Shown piece by piece: positions 1 through 11,529 of a DNA stretch of 37,927 bases (position 1 is its first letter; the number at the start of each line of letters is the position of its first letter). The position numbers and the translations under genes are program-made. The notes beneath the pieces are model-generated. The model worked only from the letters and a program-made list of their open reading frames with translations. It was not told the origin of the DNA and did not search any database. This DNA comes from Vermamoeba vermiformis (Eukaryota), in NCBI GenBank assembly GCA_045837725.1, contig JBEWZL010000172.1, forward strand, positions 1 to 37,927. Direction: 5' to 3'.

Positions 1-1636
1 CGTGAAGGATACAATGTTGATAATAAACATTTCCTTCGGTAAGTTGACATTTGGTCGGATCTCATGGTGACACCTGTCAAAGTTGTAAAAGCGAATTGCG
101 CAATAATTTTGATAAAATTTTGTTTCTGCTCACCAATTATTTCGGGTTCATATAATTGAATCAACAACATCAAATAGGAACATCACAATGGTGTTCGATC
201 GACAAAGTCTGCTGGCGGTTTGTTTTCCCAGCCCAACGGCGCGACAGTTGCTACTGGTGTGCTGTTTGTGCCAGTTAATGTGGGGTACGGTACCTATTAA
301 TTTTAAGAATATATTGGATAATAATATATATAATAGAAAATATAACACTATAATGAACCATTCTCTTGTATAATAGCGAGCAAGATATTTTTTTTATTTG
401 GGTCGGACAATCTCCGATTAATCTCGCGTTGCGAATTCATTTCCATTAGTAAAATTACAACTCTAACATCGATAAATAGTTGCAGAAGCAGGGTTTGCAC
501 AACGAATGTCGTCAGCGAAAGATAAACTAACTTTATCGGTCGGATCGGTAGTGAATGGTATGCAACATCCCACTTTTCAACTTTAATCTATGCCTAATGC
601 CTAGCAGGTGCTAAAAGTGGCTATCGGTTTCTTCAGCAAGTAGCTAACGACCTCAAGCCAAAAATATCGGCTTTGAATAACTTGAAATTTTGGTCCGATC
701 CGCAAAAAATGGACAAAGTGCTGGCACTGCCGAGAACGTTGCTACGCGGCACTCAGTTGTTGAAAGCAATTTTTGGACAGTCTCAGACTTCCTCCAAAAG
801 CACGTTCAAGCTTGCCATTAGATGCGTCAATTTATTTCGAGCGGTGAAGAGTCGCCTGGCCGAAAAGTTAGGACTAAAAAAGGCTGCAAGAAAAATTCCA
901 AGGTAATTATATTGATATATTTGCTTGTCTAACAGTGTATAGTCCTAAAGTTGCCGTTGTTGTTGTCTACTTTGCCAGCGAAACTACCACATCCGCTCCG
1001 AAAAAGCCTGCAAAATCAGCCTGGAAAGCCTTTGCAGCTATACTATCAGATCAACTAGCACAATTTATTGTTACTCTTTGGCTGGATAGCATTCAAACGT
1101 CTTCAGATGGAGTTTCTGTCAAGATCTACGCCAAGACACAAGTTCATTTCTTGAATAAGAAAGCACTGCTAGCCCCGTCAGAATTGAATATAACTCCGTG
1201 CTTTGACCTCGATATTGGCACTAAAGTAGGAGACGGAGGGTTTAGTACAGTAATGAAAGGCGCCGTTAATTACAACGACGTAGCCTTTAAAATAATGAAA
1301 CAGTCGGGTACCTCGTTGATGGACGAGGCTAGGATTCAAGCGTAAGCACACAAATGGTTTTATTACACTCATACTAATTATTATGAAGTTCGATCTGTCA
1401 CAAAAACGTTGTGTCCGTTTTGGGAGTCTTGGTGGAGCCTACAACGAACTTAAAATTTATAGTTATGGAACATATGGACGATGGCTCACTACACGACCTG
1501 TTGTTTAAAGACCGAGTCAGATTGACTCGTGCGGAAGCCATCCGAGTGGCGTTGGACGTAGCCAAAGGAATGCAGCATCTTCATTCCAAAAGCATTAGAC
1601 TTGCTGTAATTTTGCGATTCCGCATGCAATTGCATA

Positions 1637-1842
1637 AATGTGCACGAGATTGCCGAACCTGCGCGCAAATTGCCGAAACTGCGCGCAATTTGCCGAACCT
1701 GCGTGCAATTGCCGAACCTGCGCGCAATTGCCGAACCTGCGCGCAATTGCCGAACCTGCGCGCAATTGCCGAAACTGCGTGCAATTTGCCGAACCTGCGC
1801 GCAATTTGCCGAAAGTGCACGCAATTGCCGAACCTGCACGAA
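1637..1842. repeat. Left subterminal tandem array, ~19-20 bp unit TTGCCGAACCTGCGCGCAA
   Basis: About 10 near-identical adjacent units, no spacers. Confidence 0.9.
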
Positions 1843-1928
1843 ATTGAAAGTGAGCATCGTTTATTTGTTAGGCATAACATAGTGTAATGTATTAGCTCAC
1901 TTAATGAATATCAAAGTCTGAGTAGTTA

Positions 1929-2720
1929 TTACAATTCATATGAAAGCTGCAACTTTTCACCTTTCTTCACTTGAAGGCCATAAAGGCTGTGCTCAGGCAA
2001 TCGAATGGCTTTGACTCCATTCGGGTGTCCAGTGGGTGCAACGAGAGTCCACGAATTTTCCAGGTTTTCCCAGTTTGGAGAAAAATCACCAAAGTCAGCA
2101 ATTAATCTTCTCACATCCTGTGATGGAGGCTTGATGGTGTACGAGCATTTAACGACAACTTTTCCATCCACAAAAGCCGAATTCACTTTAAATTCGCCAG
2201 GAGGTAATGCCCAAAGATACCAATGATTGGTCTCATTTTCGCACGTCCAAGGTCTAATTTGAAAGCGAATTGAATTATCAGTTATCTCTTGCTCGAACTT
2301 TTGCTTCGCTAATTCTTCTTCGGGCTCAAGGACTTCAGAATATTCACTTTCTGATTCGTCTTCCAATTTACGTGCATTTGTGTTGGATTTCTGGTTGGAT
2401 TCTGCAGAACATAATTTAACCCTGAAATTTAATATAATTAAATAGACAAACTTACTTTGTAAATGTTTTTGAAGTGCTTCTAAATCCTCAACAGTTTCTT
2501 CAATTCGGTCTTTTTTGGACTTCTTCTTTCGTTTCTTGTCCTTCACCTCGCGTACTTGCTTATTGAAGCGTGATTTCATCTCAACCATTTTTTTTCGAAT
2601 AGCATCTTCTTTTTTTGTAATACCATAGCGTTGTTTAATTTCAGTAGCGCTTAGAACTTCCCCCGAATCAATGTACTTTTGTAAATTGGCCAGATCTGCT
2701 TCACTCCAGCGAAAAGACAT
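1929..2720 (-). CDS. Transposon accessory protein, probable N-terminal Myb/SANT-like DNA-binding domain
   Basis: 263-aa ORF inside the TIRs. FRWSEADLANL...IRKK resembles a Myb/SANT start and is followed by a basic NLS-like tract; Harbinger elements typically encode such a second protein. Possible in-frame intron near 2402-2455. Confidence 0.7.
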   Translation of the reverse strand: MSFRWSEADLANLQKYIDSGEVLSATEIKQRYGITKKEDAIRKKMVEMKSRFNKQVREVKDKKRKKKSKKDRIEETVEDLEALQKHLQSKFVYLIILNFRVKLCSAESNQKSNTNARKLEDESESEYSEVLEPEEELAKQKFEQEITDNSIRFQIRPWTCENETNHWYLWALPPGEFKVNSAFVDGKVVVKCSYTIKPPSQDVRRLIADFGDFSPNWENLENSWTLVAPTGHPNGVKAIRLPEHSLYGLQVKKGEKLQLSYEL

Positions 2721-2845
2721 TGTGATAATTCTGAATAAAATTTAGAAAATAATATTGAACCTTGTTACAATTATAACTTACAATTTTTTCGTTGCAGTTG
2801 TTGTACTTTGTTGTAAATTAGCAAAAAATAAAAAAACGGTTGGCT

Positions 2846-3003
2846 GAATCACAAACCTGTACGCACGAATCACAAACACATACGCACGAATCACAAACGC
2901 GTACGCACGAATCACAAACGCGTACGCACGAATCACAAACGCGTACGCACGAATCACAAACGCGTACGCACGAATCACAAACGCGTACGCACGAATCACA
3001 AAC
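2846..3003. repeat. 21-bp tandem repeat (GAATCACAAACGCGTACGCAC) x ~7.5 between the divergent transposon ORFs
   Basis: GAATCACAAAC recurs every 21 bp from 2846 to 2993. Confidence 0.92.
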
Positions 3004-3011
3004 AAAACACT

Positions 3012-3961
3012 ATGGATGAGGTAAAGACCTTGCAATAAATTTTAAAAATAATTTGATAATTATTTAATTCATAGACTAGAGCTAATGAGTGCTGGTTTGA
3101 TATTATTAAATCAAGCTTACGAGTAAAAACAATGTCGTACCGAATATTTTTATCGCTCATTGGAGTGAAGCCCATTATCTTGTCGATTTTATGGACAAAG
3201 TATGGCCTGAAGTCAACGTTAAAGCCTGAACACCTCCTAATGGCGCTGAATTTTCTCCGTGAATATTCGACAATTGACTGCTTGAGCACACTGTGGGGAG
3301 TTACAGCCAAGACTTTCTCTGGCATTGTTTGGCGAACTTTACACATCCTTGCAAATTCTCTGGAGGAGATTAACTTCGATGATCGGCTGGAAAATTCTGC
3401 GCACTTTTCATGGGGCCAGTATGTTGGTGCAGTTGATGCAACCGAATGCCGCGTACAGCGGCCAAAAAAGTGGCGAATTCGGCGCTTATTGTACAGTGGA
3501 AAGAAGAAGTACTTTTCATTGAAGTACGAAAGTAAGAGATTAATTAATTTTCTTATTATAAGCGTTATAACGATTTTTTAGTTGCTGTCCACCTTGCTAC
3601 TGGGAAGCTATTCTGGACAAGTGGCTGGGTACCAGGCAAAGTACATGACATCACTTTGCTCCGATGCAATGGTTTGCTTAAAAAGCTTGGGGAAAATGAG
3701 AAGCTGATTGGTGACAAAGGCTACATTGGTGAAAAGAAGCAAATTACTACTCCATTTAAAGGAGAGTTAACAGATGATCAAGAAGAATATAATGACACTC
3801 TTGGATCAATCTGCGTCATTGTGGAGAATGTCTACTCACAGATTAAATCCTTCCGCTGTCTTTCCAATCCATGGCGACATCATTTAACACTTCACAAAAT
3901 AGCATGGACTGTTGTAGTGAATGTTGTAAATGCCAACATTAAATACTTCCCGTTAAGATAA
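3012..3961 (+). CDS. Harbinger/IS5-like DDE transposase (DDE_Tnp_4 type), 3 exons
   Basis: Exons 3012-3020, 3075-3531 and 3582-3961 join in frame. Motifs GAVDATEC, YSGKKK, PGKVHD, IGDKGY, VENV. Confidence 0.9.
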
Positions 3962-3982
3962 CCCTTTATTCCATAAACTTTG

Positions 3983-4200
3983 GGCAACTGCACGCAATTG
4001 CCAAACCTGCACGCAATTTGCCGAACCTGCGTGCAATTGCCGAACCTGCGCGCAATTGCCGAACCTGCGTGCAATTGCCGAACCTGCGCGCAATTGCCGA
4101 AACTGCACGCAATTTGCCGAACCTGCGCGCAATTGCCAAAACTGCGCGCAATTTGCCGAAACTGCGCGCAATTGCACGCTTATGCATATAATTGCACGCA
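3983..4200. repeat. Right subterminal tandem array, same ~19-20 bp unit and same orientation as the left array
   Basis: Repeated TTGCCGAACCTGCGCGCAA variants up to the right TIR. Confidence 0.9.
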
Positions 4201-4830
4201 TGTGATAGCAGTTACAGCAAGTCTATTATTCACCGCGACATTAAATCAGCTAACATTTTGGTAAGACGTTGCTTTGGTACTAATTTTGCTAAACTAATAT
4301 AATGTACAGTTAAAGCAGAAACGAGCGAAAATTTCCGATTTTGGTACCGCAACGCGGCTCGATACAAAGGGTACGTCAACGGTAGAAGGTACATTGAACT
4401 ATATGGCTCCAGAGATGAAGGCTGAAGCTCCGTACAACGAAAAAGTCGACGTTTACTCGTAAGTTATCACTTCTTTAAAAAAATTCGGTCGCTAACTTTT
4501 TTGTGGGGCAGATTTGGCGTGACACTTTTCGAGATTTTGACTATGAGGCACTTGCCAGTTCTTAATGACGAATCAGAACGAATCGATAGGATTTGCAGAT
4601 TGGTTGATGATTTGCCACTACGCCAGCTTGTCATTGAATGTTGCCGAACAGATCCAAATGAACGACCGAGTTTTACTAAGTGTATTGAAATTCTGAAAGA
4701 ACAAAAATGGAAAAATTAACGTAGCTTGCAATAATGTAAAAATAAATAATCAAAATTTAACATCTATTTACTCGAACTTTGTACATACGATGAATGCAAC
4801 ATCAGTCCTGGCGGATCTGTTTTCATTAAA

Positions 4831-7369
4831 TTAAGTGGCTTTACACGTCGCAAAGCATTTGTTCTGCATCCAATCAGATCCTAAGGGACATACGAACAGG
4901 TTGTTACTCGCTGAACAAACAGCCAGATTTTCAGGCAAAACAGTGACCTCATCATCCCACTTCCGAAATCGATTGTTTGAAATATCAAGGTAGACCATTT
5001 GGTTGAATGCAACCGGTAAAAGATGGAAATCTCCGTTGAGCTGATTATTGGACAAATCGAGATGAACTAATGAGTCAGATCTGGTCGCGGGAAATGAGTC
5101 GCCTGTCAGCATATTGTTCGCCAAATTGAGGTACTTTAGACCGAATCCAAAGTACGGCAGTGTTCCATTGAAGCGATTCGAACTCAGATCCAGCGTGTCA
5201 ATCATTCGACAGTCGGGAATTGTTCCGTCGATCTGATTGTTTGCCAAGTTCACTTCCGCAATCCATTCGCTACTGAGAAAATCTTCTGGAAGTGTGCCGT
5301 AGAACTGGTTTCTGCTCAGATCGATCACGCGCAGTTCAGGATATTTTACTATATTTGGAAGTGATCCTGTGAGACTGTTATCCGCAAGCTTTAGCTCTGT
5401 CAATCTGTCAAGCTGTCCAAATTCTTCAGGTATGGTGCCAGTCAATGAGTTGTTCCGCAGTACAAGACTACTAAGCCACGTGATTTTGTTCAGTGACGAT
5501 GGCAATGTGCCAGTCAAGTTGTTATTGTCCAGCCAAATGTGAATGTTGGTCCACAACTCGCGTGGCATAGTGCCGTTCGGAAGCTCATCGAAATAATGCC
5601 ACGTGTTCTCGCATTTAACGCCGTACCACTCGCAGATCGATATTCTTTCGTTGAGCCAATTGTCTTTTCTCAGCCACGTGTTACCATTCGTTGCAACATA
5701 AAAATCTTTCATAGCCGTGACGAACTCTGGCGGTATTTTAAAATCGTCTTGCTCGGTGCTGTGGAGCGGAATAACTCCAGCGAATGCCAGTGCCATGAAG
5801 ACGGTGGCTAGAATCGTTACACAGCTGACCGCAAGGAGCACGATCTTTTTCGTTCGTGATCCGCGTTGATAATTATCAGTGGTGCGTGACGGCGTTGAGT
5901 GTTGCTTAGTAGTGTTGTCTTTTTGTAGAAATTGCTCGTACATCTCGTCAATAGTTCGCTGAATTCGTTCTGTCTTTGATCGAAGGTCGTTGATGTCACC
6001 ATAGTTGGCACGAACTGACTCGCTAAGATATGGTATCAGAGACTCATAGTCAACGTGAAGAATACCTAGATGCCGTCTATGTTAGATAGATACTAAAGGG
6101 AATCACAATTGATTTAATAGAACTCACCGTCAATGAGTTGAACAGCTTCAGGAACAACACTCTCCACTTGTTGTGCAATGTAGCCAACAAATCGTCTGTT
6201 CGTGTCTGGATGCACTCCTTGCTTGAACTTGTAGTCAACACCGTCGATTTGAAGTAGAGTATTGCGGCAGTCGTGGTCTGAAGTACCATAAATGACACGT
6301 GTCAGTCCAATGTTACACGCGATCCTACGGGCGCAGAGAAGCTTCCAGAGATAATTATAACTACGTACCTTCAACGAGTAGCCTGATGTCCTCTTTGATA
6401 TTGATGTCTGATGACTTGTAGAAGTTCAATGCTCTGAAGTTACCAACGACTTCTGCATTGCCGTTGTAAAGTACCATGTACTGCTCGCCGTTGTTGTTGC
6501 TCGCTAGATACTGTAGCTCTGTATCGTTGTTGTTGTTCTTGGGCAAATATTGCACCTCGATAGCACTACAGGAGTTAATCGCATAAAAACGGATGTGAAA
6601 ACTTACTTCGGCTGATCGAAGGGATACATCTGATTGGTCTCCGAATAACCTTGCCCCGAGTCTTCGTTAGAACAGCTCGCTTGGTTGTAGTGTTCTTCGT
6701 CAACATAATAAGTCTCGTGCTCGTGCGGTGGACTTTCTTCAACATAAGCCGAAAGATTGGGCGAAACTTGGCTTAGAGGTGATGTCGGAACGAAATCTGG
6801 TACCCAAAACACGGGGATAAAAGCTTAACAATAAACCGGTGAGTAAATCCACGAGAAAATACATGTTTTCGTATTTTTTGGCGTACGCTCGCCGGCAAAA
6901 TTCTTAACTTGATCCAAATGCTTACCCGTCGAGTCGTTGCTCCCTTGGCGATTTTTTGGTAATATTTGGACGATGTTGCTGAATGCTTGTTTGATGATCT
7001 GACCATTTTTGATTTCATTCACTTGAATTCGTATTTCTCGGGCTTTGTATCTTCGAAAATCGAACAATTTGGCTGGAAGCTTAATTCTTACGACAATTCC
7101 TCAATTTCTTGCGTCTCCTCCGAGCGTTGAAATCTTATTGGTTTTCTCTTCGCCCAAACGAAGCAGTTTGGCAATGAAACTTCTTCGTCAGTTTGAGGTT
7201 GTTTATAAACGAGTGTTATATGGTACTGCAGGCTGCTTTCATCATTATTTTTCTCGGCCAAACCAAATCCAAAATTCGTCCCCAATAAAGGAACAGATTC
7301 GAGATTCGCGGGACCACTTAGAGGAATGTACAAATCAAAAATGTTCCGAATGCGAGCGGTGTGTGCCAT
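4831..7369 (-). CDS. MYRF-like protein copy 1: putative DBD - ICA (peptidase S74) - TM - LRR; 1-bp frameshift near 7099
   Basis: Spliced motifs YKSSDINIKEDI, GYIAQQVESVVPEAV, LHVDYESL, coiled coil, TM KKIVLLAVSCVTILATVFMALAFAGVIPL, CEWYGVKC cap, LxxNxLTGTIP repeats. Copy 1 has GAGGA where copy 2 has GAGGGA. Confidence 0.82.
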
Positions 7370-7619
7370 TTGTTGATTACATAGTAAAAAAGTGACGGGT
7401 GCCAGTTGATTCCCACAGGACACTTTCGGGCAAATAGCCAGTCCTATCAGATTTTTCAATCATTTTACTTAAAAAAAGGCGTGGAATTATTTTTAAGTAC
7501 TTTGGCGAACCCGATCATCAATCTATTCAGTTATTTCGTCGGTTAAGTGTCTTGATCTAGCTGAAATTTAAATCAGCAAGCTAAGACCCAGACTAATAGC
7601 TCCACTATTTAATTATGAT

Positions 7620-10036
7620 CTATTTACAAGTAGCACGACAAATATGTTCGATATAAACCGAGCCCAACGGACAAGCAAACTGATTATTACTTGCGTCGCA
7701 TCGGAACCCGTTCTCAGGCACGCGAGGGTACTCGTCTTGCCAAGTACGAAGCATATTATTTGAAATATTAAGGTACCTCATTTTGATGAATTGTTCGGCT
7801 GACATTGTAAAATGACCGCTGAATCTGTTATTCGCCAAGTTGAGATGGATCGCGTTTGCAGTTGACGCTAAGATCTCGCCTTCAATCATGTTGTTGGATA
7901 AATCGAGGTATTCCAATGCAACGCTTAAGAAGGGAAGAGATCCGTTGATGCGGTTTGAACTCAGATCCAGCACTTTTAGTCGGCTATGCCCTGGTATGGG
8001 ACCTTCGATCTGATTGTTTGCTAAGTAAACTTCATTGATGTGATCGTTGTCGAAGAAATCATTCGGGAATGTGCCGTAGAACTGATTTCTGTTCAGATCC
8101 AGCACTATCAACTTGGAAAATTTAGCCATATTAGGCAACGTTCCCGTCAATCTGTTGCTCGACAATCTTAGAACTTCCAAGTTTTCAATCTTCGCGAATT
8201 CTTCAGGGATGGTTCCAGTCAACGAGTTGTTCCGCAGAGCGAGACTTTGAAGCCACGTGATATTGTTCAATGACGAGGGCAATTTGCCAGTCAAGTTGTT
8301 GTTGTCCAATGAGACGTGAATGAAATTATATGTCACCGCAGTTCCGTTCAAGTAACGCTGTTGTTCGATGCACTTAACGCCATACCACTCGCAGATTGAT
8401 ATTTGTTCGTTGAGCCAGTTGTCATTTCTCAGCCACGTGTCACCATTCGTTGAACTATATAAATCTTTCCAAGCGACGCTGAACTCTGGCGGAAAGTTCG
8501 AGTCTGGGCTTGGTGGTGTGTCGTCTTGCGAGCTACCAACGTTTTGGATAGGAATCACGCCAATGAAGGCCAACGTGGCAAGTATCGCCACCAACACTGT
8601 AACAGAAATGACGCTAAGCAGAACAAGTTTTTTCAGTCGTGATGCACGTTGAGGCTTTGATGACGTCGAGGTTTGCTGAAGAGACTCCGTCTTACGGATA
8701 AATTGCTCGTACATCTCGTCAATAGTTCGTTGGATTCGATCTGTCTTTGAGCGAAGATCGTTGATGTCACCATAGTTGGCACGAACTGACTCGCTTAGAT
8801 ATGGTATCAGAGACTCATAGTCGACATGAAGAATACCTACATGGGACCTCAATTAGCTTGATAGTTCTATAGATGTACACAACGCAATAGAACTCACCAT
8901 CAATGAGCTGAACAGCCTCGGGAACAACACTCTCCACTTGTTGTGCAATGTAGCCAACAAATCGTCTGTTTGTGTCTGGATGCACTCCTTGCTTGAATTT
9001 GTAGTTTACTCCGTCAATTTGCAGCAACGTTTCACGGCAATCGTGGTCTGAAGTACCATAAATGACACGTGTCAGTCAAATGTTACACGCACGATTATGC
9101 TGATGGTAGGAAGTGTAAAGTGCTATAGCCAATGCCTCGTACGTACCTTCAACGAGCAGCCTGATGTCCTCTTTGATATTGATGTCTGATGACTTGTAGA
9201 AGTTCAATGCTCTGAAGTTACCAACGACTTCTGCATTGCCGTTGTAAAGTACCATGTATTGCTCGCCGGCATTGTTGTTGTTTGATAGGTACTGTAGCTC
9301 TGCATCGTAATGATAAGGTCTACACATAAATGTTAGGTAAGGAATTCACGGTCAGAAGAAACTTACGTGGGCAGCAGTGGGTCGATGTCTCCCAGGTTCT
9401 CGATCTCGTCCGCCGGACTTTCCGCCACATACGAAGAAAGGTTCAGCGGTGAAACTGGGCTCAATGGAATAACGTCTTGCATCCATAAAACCGGTATAAG
9501 TACTAAGTGAATCGTTAGCGCAGATTTCGCAGACGAGCTAATTAAACGTATCTTTATCTTAAAAAATTCTTAAAAATGGTAAATCGCTTACCCGTAGAGT
9601 CTGTATGAGAAGTTCGACTTTTAGGTAATATTTGGACGATGTTGCTGAATGCTTGTTTGATGATCTGACCATTTTTGATTTCATTCACTTGAATTCGCGT
9701 TTGTTGTGTTCTATGCTTTCTGAAATCGAATACTTTGGGTGGTAATTTAATCTTAACTATTATTCCCTCGACTTCTTGTGTTGCCTCCGAGCGTTGAAAT
9801 CTTATTGCGTTTCTCTTCGCCCACTCAAAGCAGTTGGTCAACGCAACGTCTTCACCCGTTCTCGGATGTTTGAAAGCTAGTTGAATGTGGTATTGAAGGC
9901 AATTTTCATCGTTGTTTTTCAAGCCCAACGCAAATCCAAAATTCGTTCCAAGCAAAGGAACCGCTTCCAGATTAGCAGGACCATTGAGAGGAACTAATAG
10001 ATCGAATAGGTTACGAATACGTGCACTGTGGGCCAT
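7620..10036 (-). CDS. MYRF-like protein copy 2: putative DBD - ICA - TM - LRR
   Basis: Exons in ORFs 9554-10036, 9076-9327, 8815-9027 and 7620-8852 carry the same motifs; no disruption seen. Confidence 0.88.
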
Positions 10037-10223
10037 CTCTACCGAAATTGATTAAATGGAGGTTTTGTGCGCAATTAAGATGTGACGAGACAAATGTGAC
10101 ATCCGGGCGAATAGTTCGGCCAGTTCATTTCAACCGTTTTAAAATTATATATTGTCGTTGAAGGTAACAACAAAGCATTATTCTTTAGAGTATAGTACAA
10201 ATAAATAGTCGGAGACTGTTCCG

Positions 10224-11369
10224 TTACAGGATCTCCAATGCACCGGTCGGATTGCCGTAATAACAATTGACATAATGACCAGAAACTGCTTCGCGCATTT
10301 GAAAGCCTCGATGAAACACTTTCAGCAATTTGAGCTCTTCAGGAGTAAATTTCCAACGTTGCTGATCTTCAGGCTTGTTTTTGTCCTCTTCTCTTTCGCG
10401 CTCTATTCGCTCCAAGTCTTGGTGCGTGCCAAATGTTAATACTCCATGGTTTTTCGACTTGAGACGTGGCTTTGGATCGCCTTTGGTGATGATACACGAT
10501 TCAATATATTCGCCTAAAGAGAATAATGAGAAATAATGCTAAAATTAGAACATTAAATATATCACTTACCAAGAATACCCTGGAAACAAGTCGAAAGCGA
10601 CAAGCTGAGGACTTGATCCAAAAAATCTTTGACGAACTTGTGACAGTTCCACTCTGTCTGCGAGTATTTGATCGTAGAGTTCCATTTTTGTACAAATTCC
10701 ACAGCCTAAAAGCTACTGTCAATCTTTGTAATCACTTTTAGCGGATTTGGCTGACCTTTTGTTCCAGTTCAGGAGTGTAAACGACTTGGACTGAATCGTG
10801 AACATCAAATAATATTGTAGCTGTCTTAGACTTTAACTCTCCAATATGTACAAGGCTGCTTTCGTTCCAATCAATGACCTTAAAATCAGAAAGTGATCAG
10901 ATCGAGCAAAAGAATTAAATTTTAACTTACAACGGAACCAAATTGCAATCCTACGTGCGATGCTCCAAATATTAGTGACCCTTTCTTGAAGAAATTGAGG
11001 ACTTTAGCCATATTTACAAGAGACGGAGTAATTGAAGAGATGAAGAGCTTGACAGGCAGTCTGATCGTCTATATAATACAAGGATTAACTTTAAAAATAG
11101 CCAAAAAATATGCAGTATTATCTTAATAATTTTAGAATTAATCTACTTACGCCGCTAGCATTTTTCGGGAACGGAAACATTTTATTGGCCAAGATCTCTG
11201 GTGAATAATAGTCGTCGGCGCTAATACTCGCCCAGTCATCTCCGAGGCCTTTAATCTTTTTATGGACGCTCGCTGCTCCATCACTCGTTGCCGAGGGATG
11301 ACTTGAGGTGGATTTGCGATTTTGAGAAGGGCCTTCAGACGGAGAGATGGCTCGAGATATATTGCCCAT
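10224..11369 (-). CDS. Permuted papain-fold peptidase (PPPDE/DeSI-like), catalytic His and Cys intact
   Basis: Spliced product has FGASHVGLQFGSVVIDW and QKWNSTIKYSQTEWNCHKFVKDFL (Cys codon 10643-10645); His-before-Cys order as in PPPDE. Starts MGN (possible myristoylation). Confidence 0.72.
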
Positions 11370-11529
11370 TAATGACCGGTTGGGTTGTTGCGTTCAAAGA
11401 ATTCAAATTTAAGTTTATAGGCAATCTTCGTCGACTTTTCGTGACTGCTAAATGTCAAGATCTTGACAGGTTCAAAGAATTAACTCGTAAATGTCCCTCT
11501 GACGACAGGAAATTTTTAAATAACAAACA

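Larger units (their letters stand above)
1597..4224. mobile_element. PIF/Harbinger-superfamily (PHIS) DNA transposon, 2628 bp, two divergent ORFs
   Basis: Perfect 13-bp TIRs AGACTTGCTGTAA (1597-1609) and TTACAGCAAGTCT (4212-4224); ATT duplicated at 1594-1596 and 4225-4227; DDE_Tnp_4-type transposase plus a Myb/SANT-like ORF; subterminal repeat arrays. Confidence 0.93.
506..4719 (+). pseudogene. TKL-type protein kinase with unique N-terminal region, interrupted by a DNA transposon
   Basis: Spliced exons give KVGDGGFSTV (Gly loop), VAFK, IVMEHM, HLHSKSI [insertion 1597-4224] IHRDIKSANIL, ISDFG, GTLNYMAPE, DVYSFG, ERPSF, stop at 4719. Removing the insertion and one ATT copy restores the frame. 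Confidence 0.85.

Noticed and set aside
1489-1887. Multiple overlapping Cys/Arg-rich ORFs; CRISPR-like look of the array
   Set aside because: They are translations of a 19-20 bp tandem repeat with no unique spacers, inside a eukaryotic transposon.
2778-3035. ORF with (FVIRAYA)n
   Set aside because: Artefact of the 21-bp tandem repeat.
3892-4264. Repeat-derived ORFs at the right transposon end
   Set aside because: Same tandem array, no independent coding signal.
4831-5943. LRR ORFs as receptor kinases joined to the adjacent kinase
   Set aside because: The kinases are on the opposite strand, and the LRRs are C-terminal to the TM and end in stop codons.
6077-6555. Phage tail-fibre / prophage interpretation of the S74 motifs
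   Set aside because: The domain is split by spliceosomal introns and embedded in a TM-LRR gene; no phage genes nearby.
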